Shown one piece after another: positions 1-9,049 of a stretch of DNA of 64,000 bases (position 1 is the stretch's first letter; each line of letters opens with the position of its first letter). The DNA lies in the IMG/VR virus record IMGVR_UViG_3300046170_000378, positions 148,343-212,342 of that record, one strand, 5' to 3'. The translations under genes were made by a program, and so were the position numbers. The notes under the pieces were generated by a model that ran no database searches, was not told where the DNA came from, and was given only the letters and a program-made list of their open reading frames with translations.

Positions 1-2
1 AC

Positions 3-1280
3 GCAGACGGTGAAGAGTACGAAAAAGCTGACGATAGAGCAGAAGATAATTCAGACGAATTAGAAGATGAAATCGAAGACGGCGAAGAAGGTGCTAAAGA
101 AGTTACTGAAGACGAAGGTGAAGAAGCTGGCAAAGAAGTTGAAGAAATTGAAGACGACGCAGCTGAAGATCTTGGTGAAGATAAAGCTGAAGAAATCGAA
201 GACGACATCAACGACAAAGGTGAAGTTGAAGATCTAGACGACAAAGTAGAAGATACTCCAGAAGAAGTTGATAATGCTGAAGATCACGTAGGCGAAGATT
301 TAGAAGATGAAGTTTCTGATATTGCTAAAGATGAAATCGAAGATCACGAAGAAGAAATGCACTCTAAAGGTGAAGAAGAAGCTGAAGGTGAAGAAGAAGC
401 TGAAGAAGAAGTTGAAGCTGAAGAAGAAGTTGAAGCTGAAGAAGAAGTTGAAGCTGAAGAAGAAGTTGAAGCTGAAGAAGAAGTTGAAGAAATGACTGAA
501 GACGTTGAAGGTGAAGACGCTGGAGAAGAAGGTGAAGAAGTTGTTAAGAAAGGCGAAGAAGAACTAGACAAAATAGGCGATAACTCAGCTGAAGGTGATG
601 TTGATTCTCACAAAGCTGGTGAAGAAGGCGAAGATCTAGAATCTGATTTAGATAACAGTGATCAAGAAATTCCACCAACAGGTAATACTGACGAAGCAGA
701 ACCTGGTGAAGGCGAAGAAGAAGCTGAAGGCGAAGATGGCGCACAAGATCCATTAGAAGCTTATAAAAGCGAAATCTCTGCAAAACTAAACAATTTGATC
801 GAAACAGCTCAAATTAAAGAAAATGAAAATCCATCTTTCTTTAGAGTCGTATCATCATCTACAATAGAAAAGTATAACGCTCTTAACGAAGACGCTAAAA
901 CAGAAGTTAGATCAGCAGTATCTAAAAGAGGTTTTATGACTGAAAGAGAAATTACTTCTATTATTGAATCATCTCAATTAATCGTTGAGAATAAAAACGC
1001 TGAACCATTTTTCCTAGCGGCTATGCCACTAGAATACAAAGAAACATGGGAAAACTTAAGCGAAGCTAAAAAATCTCAAATTGGTGCACAATCTAAGTAT
1101 CACACTTTAAACACTGAATACCAAGTAAGAAACTTTTGGCAAACTAGAGATCTTAGAGAAACTAAGGTTGATTTAAACAAAGTAGCAATGGTTAACGAAT
1201 CTAAGACAGAAGATAAGCCTTCACTTGGATATGATGCATCTAGCTACGCTGACGCGTTTAAGAAAAGATTCAACAAATAA
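3..1280 (+). CDS. Prohead core/scaffold protein (T4 gp22-like), 5' truncated by window
   Basis: Frame is open from base 3. Very acidic, with (I/L/V)xE-type sites (LNEDA, IIESS, LSEAK, VNESK). Lies immediately upstream of the major capsid gene. Confidence 0.75.
   Translation, partial: ADGEEYEKADDRAEDNSDELEDEIEDGEEGAKEVTEDEGEEAGKEVEEIEDDAAEDLGEDKAEEIEDDINDKGEVEDLDDKVEDTPEEVDNAEDHVGEDLEDEVSDIAKDEIEDHEEEMHSKGEEEAEGEEEAEEEVEAEEEVEAEEEVEAEEEVEAEEEVEEMTEDVEGEDAGEEGEEVVKKGEEELDKIGDNSAEGDVDSHKAGEEGEDLESDLDNSDQEIPPTGNTDEAEPGEGEEEAEGEDGAQDPLEAYKSEISAKLNNLIETAQIKENENPSFFRVVSSSTIEKYNALNEDAKTEVRSAVSKRGFMTEREITSIIESSQLIVENKNAEPFFLAAMPLEYKETWENLSEAKKSQIGAQSKYHTLNTEYQVRNFWQTRDLRETKVDLNKVAMVNESKTEDKPSLGYDASSYADAFKKRFNK
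402..491 (+). repeat. 18-bp coding tandem repeat (EEEVEA x4 + EEEVEE)
   Basis: GAAGAAGAAGTTGAAGCT units read directly. Confidence 0.9.
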
Positions 1281-1283
1281 AAG

Positions 1284-1291
1284 GATATATA
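1284..1291 (+). promoter_or_regulatory. GATATATA late-promoter-like motif (capsid gene)
   Basis: The same octamer recurs upstream of structural genes at 2928, 9011, 11047, 13590, 16515, 18654, 35662, 37067, 43540 and 55449 (+) and at 39951 and 43415 (-). Confidence 0.7.
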
Positions 1292-1384
1292 ATAATATAA
1301 TCGACGAAAACGGGTGACAGAAGCAGAAAACCCAAGCATGTCGAGTTTAACTATAAACACAAACAAAAAAAGAACATTTACAAA

Positions 1385-2845
1385 ATGGCAAATTTAATTA
1401 ACGAATCTGAGATCAGAGGTACTTGGGCTCCTATTATTGAGGAAGCAACAGGAATCAATGAATCAGAAAAGCTAGCTTGGATGTCGACTTACTGTCACAA
1501 TCACAAGCTTTATGAAGACGCTCAAATGATGGCGTTAAACCCAGTTTCTCCGGGAACTCAAAACATCGGTGGTATGGGCTCTGTAGTCCTTCCAGATGCA
1601 ACTGCATCTTTCGCAAATCAAAGAGGTTCAGGTGACAAAGCTCCAACTTTATTACCTTTAGCAATGCAAGTTGCTGCTCAAACGATTGCATTAGACTTAG
1701 TACCAGTTGTACCAATGGCAGGTCCTATGGGCTTACTATCTTACTTAGACTTCGTATACGAAGGTGGTAGAATTGACGGTGGTGTTGCTCCAACATTCAT
1801 CAAGTCAGAAGATGCTGACGGTGCTGGTGAAGCAAGCGGTTACAAATTCACTAAATTAGACAAAGCATCAAGAATTGATGGTTTTGCTATCTATGAAGTT
1901 GAAGAAACTGGTGCACACGTTGACGCTAACGGTGCTCCTGTTACTTTACTAGCTGCATTTAGAGCTACTAATGCTGCTGATGATGCTGATATCGAATTAG
2001 TAAAAGCGTTAGAAGACCACATTCCAGGATTCTCTGGTGCTGGTGCATTTAGCGGCGAAGGCGGTGTAAGCAATGTTTATCCAATGTCAAGAGAGACAGG
2101 GGAAAGAACTCCAGACAAATTAATGGGTCTAAGCTTATTCTCTAAGTCAGTTGCTGCTGAAACTTTCCAAGTTGCTGCTGCAGTTACAAGAGAGCAAGTA
2201 CAAGATCTTAAGCAATTCGGTGTTGACGCTGTTGCTCAAGTAGAAGCAGTATTAACTAACGAATTGACTCAGTCTATCAACCAACACATCTTAGCTGAAA
2301 TGAGAAGATTAGCTAAAGAAAATGCTGGTACTGAATTAGCTGCTTCAGTTGATTTCACTACAGCATACGATTTAGGTGGTAACACTTTCGGTGATGTAAA
2401 CAGAAGAGTCCTTACTCACATCTTAGCTCACGCTAACTTCATCGCTAACAAAGGTAGAAGAGGTGCTGGTAACTTTGCAGTTGTTTCTGCAAAAATGGCA
2501 TCAGTTTTACAAGGTGTTGCAGGTTTCGTACCTAACCCAATGGCTAACACAGTTAACCAAGTTGCAGGTGCAATCTATCCATTAGGTTCAGTTGCAGGTA
2601 TCAACATATACACTGACCCTACTCAGAAATTTGAGTCAGGTGACGTATTAGTTGGTAGAAAAGGTGACGGTAACGGTCCTGGTTTAGTATTCATGCCATA
2701 CTTAATGGCTGAATCAGTACAAACTATTGCTGAAGGTACTATGGCTCCAAAGGTAGCTGTAAAATCTAGATACGCATTAGTTGAAGCTGGATTCCACCCA
2801 CAAACTCAATACTCTACGTTCGAGGTTAAGAACATCCAACTATAA
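1385..2845 (+). CDS. gp23: Major capsid protein (T4 gp23-like)
   Basis: PTLLPLAMQVAAQTIALDLVPVVPMAGPMG and FMPYL...PKVAVKSRY match gp23-family motifs; 486 aa, strong codon bias. Confidence 0.92.
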   Translation: MANLINESEIRGTWAPIIEEATGINESEKLAWMSTYCHNHKLYEDAQMMALNPVSPGTQNIGGMGSVVLPDATASFANQRGSGDKAPTLLPLAMQVAAQTIALDLVPVVPMAGPMGLLSYLDFVYEGGRIDGGVAPTFIKSEDADGAGEASGYKFTKLDKASRIDGFAIYEVEETGAHVDANGAPVTLLAAFRATNAADDADIELVKALEDHIPGFSGAGAFSGEGGVSNVYPMSRETGERTPDKLMGLSLFSKSVAAETFQVAAAVTREQVQDLKQFGVDAVAQVEAVLTNELTQSINQHILAEMRRLAKENAGTELAASVDFTTAYDLGGNTFGDVNRRVLTHILAHANFIANKGRRGAGNFAVVSAKMASVLQGVAGFVPNPMANTVNQVAGAIYPLGSVAGINIYTDPTQKFESGDVLVGRKGDGNGPGLVFMPYLMAESVQTIAEGTMAPKVAVKSRYALVEAGFHPQTQYSTFEVKNIQL

Positions 2846-2870
2846 GAGTTAAATAGCAATATTTAAATTA

Positions 2871-2900
2871 AAAGGCCCTCTTTTTGAGGGTCTTTTTTTT
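2871..2900 (+). terminator. Rho-independent terminator after capsid gene
   Basis: GGCCCTC-TTTTT-GAGGGTC hairpin followed by a T-run. Confidence 0.85.
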
Positions 2901-2965
2901 GCTTTAAACTTTAGGCTTATTTAAGAAGATATATAAACCATAGACATTTTAAAAAATATACACAA

Positions 2966-4887
2966 ATGATGAAACTTAATAAAAGAATCAAATTGTATGA
3001 AGAATTTGCAGGAACTGCAATGGATTCTTCAAATAATACGGCACCTGCTTCTAAAACTACGTCTAATTCTGTAGCAGTTGACAAGACTAACGTTAAATCA
3101 GATGATGCTACAAAAAAAGCAGAAGGTGAAAAAGTAAGAGCTAGTGTTATTAAGGATGTAGATGCTATTTTAACAAACTTATCTAAATTATCAGATCAGA
3201 TCAAAGAACATTATATGATCAATGAAGAGGTTTCTATGGAAAGTGTTTTAGCTTCTCTTAAATCTTCTTTCGCTATAGCTAAATGCGAAAGTAAACTAGG
3301 AAAGTATAAAAAGATTGCATTGATGGCAAATAAAGATCAACAAACTGCAGATAACATACAGAGTGAATTTAAAACAATGGCCAAATTTGATAAGCAGATA
3401 GAAGCAGCAGAAGGTGAAAAAAAGGTAAAACTTAAAGAAGCTAAGAAGAATGCTAAAACAGAATTAGATCATAATAAAGAAGTTAACGCTGAAAAATTAA
3501 AAAATGCTCTTCAAGAATTCGAAGATGAACTAGGAGAAGCTGAAAAAAACATAGCTAAAGACAGTCCATTAGGAAAGGTATATTTTAAAAGAAAGGCAGT
3601 TTTAAAGAACATAGTCGCAGAAGAAGGTTTAGAGAATAAGGCTAAGGTATTTAAAGCTATGGGTAAAAAAGAAGCGGCATTAGCTGCAGCTGGAGAATTA
3701 AAAGAAGTTCAACAAAAGGGAAAAGAATTAGCTCAGGCAATAGCAGATGGAGAAAAAGAAGCAAGTGACGATATTAAAGAACTAGAAGGCGTTAAAGCAT
3801 TCCTTCCTGAAATTGAAGCTATTCAAAAAACTTCGGTTGCTATAAAGAAAATCGGAGATCAAGCAGACGCTCATATAAATAAATTAAAGCCTGCTAAAAA
3901 GGAAGAAACAGCTGACGACACCAAGACTGACGACACCGAAGACTGACGACACCAAGACTGACGACACCAAGACTGACGACACGAAGACTGACGACACGAA
4001 GACTGACGACACCAAGACTGACGACACCAAGACTGACGACACCAAGACTGACGACACGAAGACTGACGACACCGAAGACTGACGACACCAAGACTGACGA
4101 GATACCAAGACTGACGATGATACCAAGACTGACGATGACAAGAATAAAATAAAAGAAGAATCTTTGGACATAGACAATGTTGTAGAAAACGCTAAAGTAG
4201 AAGATCTTTATTCTGCAGCAAAGGGTGCTAATGATGAAGGTGCTTTAAATAAGGCTAAAGAATTAGCTTCATCCTTTAAATCGGCAGCTGCAGCTGAAGA
4301 ATTAGCTGCAAAAACCTGCATTAGCAAATAAAATTGCAGGAAAAGAAGTTCCTAAAACTATTATAATTCTAGCAGGTGGAGACGACGAGTCTGCCAAAGA
4401 AGGTGAAGACGGTTATACTCTCGGTAACTTTATTGACAAATACGGAGGCGGATCTTCTATAGTAGGTAAAGAAGATTATTCACCTATTAAAATAGCAGAT
4501 GAAATTTTAGCTAGCGTAGACGATGCAATTGCAAGTGCTACCGGTAAATCAGACGACACTGACACTTCAAAAGATGATGACACTTCAAAAGACGATACAT
4601 CTGATGATGAAACACCAGAAAAGAATTCTAAGAAAGACATGATTGCTAGATACAAAAAATTAATTGACGGCACCGATGATGAAGAAAAGAAAAAGAAGTA
4701 TCAAGATAAAATAGACAAGCTAAGTAAAACAGAAGAATCTAAATTTTTAGATCCAGATTTTATAGCTGTATTAGAAGCTGAGCTATTAGCGTTTGAAAAT
4801 TCAATAAATGAATCAGAAGAACTACCCAAGAAAGTTAAGCTTTATGTAGGTATGTCAATTGCTGATAGATTTAAAGCATTAATGTAA
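2966..4887 (+). CDS. Large K/E/A-rich coiled-coil protein with KTDDT repeats, putative internal head protein (split by indels)
   Basis: ORFs 2966-3946 and 4639-4887 join through one reading path if indels in the repeat (~3937, ~4073, ~4100) and at ~4315 are corrected. Preceded by GATATATA; N-terminus IKLYEEF. Confidence 0.6.
3911..4140 (+). repeat. 15-bp tandem repeat AAGACTGACGACAC(C/G), about 15 units, encoding KTDDT
   Basis: Read directly; two 16-bp units and one shortened unit break the frame. Confidence 0.92.
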
Positions 4888-4889
4888 TA

Positions 4890-5396
4890 TTAAAGAGAGC
4901 GCCTAGCGTTCTTTTTAGCCAACTTAAGAAACTCCTCTCGTTCTGCGAGCAGGAGTTTTTTACATTCCTTGCGAAACTCAATTGAAGATTTAAGTATACG
5001 ACTGTCAATCATAGGAGCGTCTAAAACATCTAAGTATTCTGGATGAATAAAGTTTTCTAGATCAAAGTTCATAAATTTGGCCTTAATTGGTTTTAAGCTT
5101 ATTGCACATAACCAATCTACACTATTATAAGAAGCGTGTAAAGTGTCAATATCAACGACCTCGTTAGTACTATGATCCCAATATAATTTTAAACTACTTG
5201 CAGATTTACTACTGGTTCTGTGCATTCTCAGAATGCAGCCCATAAATTGATCACTATCTGACCATGTTTTAATATGTCTGTGTTCTATTAAGAATTTTCG
5301 ATGATTCTTTTTTAGACAACCTAAAATTATCCCATGTCTATTCCTAGGATTTGGACCATTTGTTCTTATTATTTGTATGTCAACCTTTCTAGCCAT
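4890..5396 (-). CDS. Hypothetical protein
   Basis: 168-aa ORF; GATAAATA variant motif on the minus strand at 5403-5410. Confidence 0.7.
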   Translation of the reverse strand: MARKVDIQIIRTNGPNPRNRHGIILGCLKKNHRKFLIEHRHIKTWSDSDQFMGCILRMHRTSSKSASSLKLYWDHSTNEVVDIDTLHASYNSVDWLCAISLKPIKAKFMNFDLENFIHPEYLDVLDAPMIDSRILKSSIEFRKECKKLLLAEREEFLKLAKKNARRSL

Positions 5397-5412
5397 ATAT
5401 TATATTTATCTT

Positions 5413-5442
5413 TGAAACTTTAACGCCTTGTGTGTGTATAAT
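5413..5442 (+). promoter_or_regulatory. TGAAAC-N17/18-TATAA promoter-like motif (clamp loader)
   Basis: The same bipartite motif starts at 22628, 34508, 36611, 52232, 52652, 53651 and 58478. Confidence 0.65.
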
Positions 5443-5458
5443 TACCAAAACATATTAT

Positions 5459-6418
5459 ATGCAGTCAATAAATCAACTCTTTACAGAGAAGTATCGTCCA
5501 AAAAATTTAGATGATTTGATTTTGCCAGATAGAGTCATGGCAAAATTTAAAGATGGATTAGTCCAAAACATGTTGTTATCAGGGTTCACCAGGAACTGGT
5601 AAAACTTCATGTGCAAAAGCAATTGTTAATCAGTTTAAGCTACCATATCTTTATATTAATGCGTCTACTGATACTTCAGTTGATGTTATTAGAACTAAGA
5701 TTATAGATTTCTGTTCAACTGTGTCTATTATGGATGCACCTGGAATGTTCAAAGTAGTAATACTAGATGAGGTTGATGGAGTATCAGATCAATTCTTTAA
5801 AGCTTTGCGTGCAACAATGGAACAATTTGCTAGTAATTCTAGATTTATTGCAACATGTAATTACATTAACAAGCTACCAGATCCAATTCTTTCAAGATTT
5901 GAAGTTATTAATTTTGACTTTGATAAAGAAGAAGAATCAGAATTGACAAAGAAGTATATTAAGCGAGTATACCAGATATGTGGTGATGAAGGTATGACAA
6001 TTGAAAAACCAGCATTGGTTGAATTTGTTAGACGTAATTTTCCAGATTTAAGATCAACTCTAAATAAGTTACAAGGGCTATAAAACACAAGGAACTTCTA
6101 ATATTACAGTAGAAGATGTTAAGAAATTTAATTCTGTTTACAAAGATGTATTTGAACTTGTATTTAATGAGACAGATCCAGCTAAGAATTATCAACTTCT
6201 AGTTAGTAATTATGGTAATAAAGGTAGATGACATATTACAAACTTTAGGTGAAGAATTTGTTGAATATATACAACAAGAGAAATTACAACATATTAAACA
6301 CATCCCTCAAATTATCATTACTGTTGCAAAACACCAAGCGCAACGAGTACATGTTATTGATCCAGTGATTACAATGTTAAGTTGTGTGTATGAAATACAA
6401 TCTATTGTTAACTCTTAA
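5459..6418 (+). CDS. gp44: Sliding-clamp loader AAA+ subunit (RFC small / T4 gp44-like), 3 apparent +1 indels
   Basis: EKYRPKNLDD, Walker A GSPGTGKTS (restored by removing one G at ~5583), Walker B ILDEVD, FIATCNY, FPDLR. Confidence 0.88.
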
Positions 6419-6444
6419 AAAATAAGTTAGTATAAATTTTTTAT

Positions 6445-6468
6445 TGTCAAATATTTTTGGTATATTAG
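6445..6468 (+). promoter_or_regulatory. TGTCAA-N7-TGGTATATTAG early-promoter-like motif
   Basis: Nine copies of TGGTATATTAG, starting at 6458, 24289, 25678, 33542, 33844, 45588, 47072, 47656 and 48585. Confidence 0.75.
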
Positions 6469-6492
6469 CAATAAGATAAAACAAATAAAGAT

Positions 6493-7761
6493 ATGAAAGT
6501 GGGAAAACACACACTATTAATCGACGGTAATTATTTTGTATTCAGTAGACTATTCGTCCTACCGAAACCTAAAAATGGAGTGCCATTGCTAGGCGATGAT
6601 AAGCAAAAGTCTCAGTTTATGAGAAAGCTTGCTATTGATTTTGCATCAGAGATGCGTAAACTAAAAATGTTTGTAGATGATGTTGTATTAACAGTTGATT
6701 CTAAATCATGGCGTAAGGACTTATATCCTGAAGCAGATTACAAAGGTACTAGAAAGCAAAGTTCAGATGTGGATTGGACTGCAGTCTACGGAGTCTATGA
6801 AGAATTTCAAAAGATTGTAGCCAAAAAAGGTGTAACAGTACACCAGATCCAAGGCGCAGAAGCAGATGACGTAATTTTCGGATGGTCAACAATGCTTAAT
6901 GCACGTGGCAAATCATGTATTGTATGGTCTGGTGATAAAGATCTTATTCAATTAGTAAACTATTCAAATACTAATGATGCACACACATTGTGGTACTATA
7001 ATACACGAAAGCAATTGTATGCATATAAAGGTTTTGCAGAAGATATGGCAACCTCTGCCGCTGCAGATCTATCAAACGACGATATGTTATTCAACATGGG
7101 CGGTCAAACGATGCTTAGAGATAATTATCAAGGTGACATTACGAATTGGATTACTGCCAATAAGATCTCTATTGAGGAAATAGATTGTGACGAGTTTATT
7201 CTTAAGAAGATCTTAACGGGCGACAAATCAGATAATATTCCTGCATGTGTTACATGGCAAAAAGAAATGAAGACAGGTAAGCTTCGTAATTATTCTTTAA
7301 CAATGAAACATGCTGACACCATATATGATCAGTTTATTAAAGAATACGACAATTTTATTATAGATCACCTGTTCTCTTCTGAATACAAAGATAAGCTATC
7401 TGATATAATTTATCGTGTAGTTGGTCATAGTACGCCCACACTCATTAAAGTAGCACTGTCAACGAATATTGCACTGATGTTATTGCATAATAAAACTATA
7501 CCAGATGCAATACAACGTGCTATCTATGATTCTATTGAAAAGGATTGGGAAGGTGCAATCGAGAATAAGGATTCTATTATGGAAATGGATAAAATATTAG
7601 AAGGCACTGGATGGTTGGATAAAGAAAATAGTTTTGCTCCCGATGCATTTGCAGGTATGGACATTCCAAAAGAAGATAGCAAACCTAAAAGAAAGCCTAT
7701 GAAATTGGTAGGTAAGAAAACTAAAAAAGTAACTAAGGATCCAACTAAAAAGTTATTTTAA
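6493..7761 (+). CDS. rnh: 5'-3' exonuclease / RNase H (T4 rnh, FEN family)
   Basis: LLIDGN, WRKDLY..YKGTR, EADDVI, SGDKDLIQL, GDKSDNIP. Confidence 0.9.
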   Translation: MKVGKHTLLIDGNYFVFSRLFVLPKPKNGVPLLGDDKQKSQFMRKLAIDFASEMRKLKMFVDDVVLTVDSKSWRKDLYPEADYKGTRKQSSDVDWTAVYGVYEEFQKIVAKKGVTVHQIQGAEADDVIFGWSTMLNARGKSCIVWSGDKDLIQLVNYSNTNDAHTLWYYNTRKQLYAYKGFAEDMATSAAADLSNDDMLFNMGGQTMLRDNYQGDITNWITANKISIEEIDCDEFILKKILTGDKSDNIPACVTWQKEMKTGKLRNYSLTMKHADTIYDQFIKEYDNFIIDHLFSSEYKDKLSDIIYRVVGHSTPTLIKVALSTNIALMLLHNKTIPDAIQRAIYDSIEKDWEGAIENKDSIMEMDKILEGTGWLDKENSFAPDAFAGMDIPKEDSKPKRKPMKLVGKKTKKVTKDPTKKLF

Positions 7762-7762
7762 T

Positions 7763-7924
7763 ATGACACTGACTGATTATATTCAAATAGAAGAAATATT
7801 AGCAGAAGCAAATGCACATAATCTAAAGCCAGAAGTTATTGAGCTAGCTAACAAAATAGAAATGCTCCATGATTTTTCAAAAGTAGATGCATATCAACAT
7901 GCATTTAATACACTTATAGGGTAA
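7763..7924 (+). CDS. Small hypothetical protein (53 aa)
   Basis: ATG-TAA frame read manually, abutting rnh. Confidence 0.55.
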   Translation: MTLTDYIQIEEILAEANAHNLKPEVIELANKIEMLHDFSKVDAYQHAFNTLIG

Positions 7925-7953
7925 ACTTTCTTACCTAATAACATATAATAAGT

Positions 7954-8385
7954 ATGCTAGACGAAACTAAATTATTTGACTTCGTAAAGATAATGTTTAC
8001 GAAAAAAAGTCAATACGATAAAATAAAAAATCACAACAAAAAACGCCATCATTTTATGATCAATCGTTTTATGGCTATTAAATATCCAGCGAATGCTCAG
8101 TTGTTTAACGTTAATGGAATTAGTGGTGCTAATGTTGTAGAATCTTGGGCAATGGTAGCTCAAAGATTTAAATCTGTACCAGGGTGGTTTTATACAAAAA
8201 CCAAGAAATCGGCCACAAAAAATAAAGCTGATAAATATATTCCAACAGAACAATCTATTCAAATATATCTTAATAAAAACGAGATAGGAATGAGAGAGTT
8301 TAATGAACTTAAAGTTTTTGCAAAAGAAGAACTTTATTCTGATTTAAAAAAAATAGAAGCCCAGGTCGATGTCTACAGGAAATAG
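7954..8385 (+). CDS. Hypothetical protein, possibly clamp-loader A subunit (gp62-like)
   Basis: FMINRFMAI..P..AQLFN...W..TK loosely resembles gp62; near gp44. Confidence 0.4.
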   Translation: MLDETKLFDFVKIMFTKKSQYDKIKNHNKKRHHFMINRFMAIKYPANAQLFNVNGISGANVVESWAMVAQRFKSVPGWFYTKTKKSATKNKADKYIPTEQSIQIYLNKNEIGMREFNELKVFAKEELYSDLKKIEAQVDVYRK

Positions 8386-9019
8386 AGATAATTTTTCAGA
8401 GGTAATAGATATTACATTACATAAATATAATTCTATTGATCTAAGATTGTGGGGAATAATCTCTAGATTTTCTACCGCTAAAACTTTAGGGGACAACACT
8501 ATGTTGCTTTCAGTAGAAGATCTTAGAAAAATAATTTACAATGCATTTAAATCTGAAATATCTAGGTTTAAAGCAATAAGTGATGTTGCCATTCATAAAG
8601 AAGCCACATCTATTTACTTTATAAATCAAATATTAGATACGATGTCTAATTTGATGTGGGTTAAATTTACACTTAACACTAATTCTAGTTATAGTAGAAT
8701 CGTCAATATCGATCAAATAAAAACTATTAAATTTAGTACAAAAACACTTAGAGGTAGTATTAGACTATTTGATATTTTTAATGAACACGAAGCTGATGTA
8801 GCAGGAATGATTCTAAGAAGGGCTAATCTATTGGGACCTGAAGATCATTTTATGGTCATGAGAGTTAGAAAGTTTTTATCTACATTAGATTTATTCTTAT
8901 CAGAGAATAATACCACTGAAGTTTATAACATAATCAACGCAATCATTCAACGAGTAGAGGTATACGAATCTGATGACCCAGAGATGCTTTTAATAGCTGA
9001 CAAAAAATCAGATATATAA
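8369..9019 (+). CDS. Hypothetical protein
   Basis: 216-aa ORF in operon. Confidence 0.7.
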   Translation: MSTGNRDNFSEVIDITLHKYNSIDLRLWGIISRFSTAKTLGDNTMLLSVEDLRKIIYNAFKSEISRFKAISDVAIHKEATSIYFINQILDTMSNLMWVKFTLNTNSSYSRIVNIDQIKTIKFSTKTLRGSIRLFDIFNEHEADVAGMILRRANLLGPEDHFMVMRVRKFLSTLDLFLSENNTTEVYNIINAIIQRVEVYESDDPEMLLIADKKSDI

Positions 9020-9049
9020 ATAAAAATAGGTCGTAGACTTTAATCGTTA

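Noticed and set aside
307-783. Alternative-frame and antisense ORFs (K/L-rich 307-495, S-rich 344-571, 544-783)
   Set aside because: Shadows of the GAA-rich scaffold repeat; the acidic frame is open from base 3
3884-4177. Repeat array as CRISPR, or antisense S/V-rich ORFs
   Set aside because: Units are contiguous with no spacers and have codon periodicity; this is a coding tandem repeat
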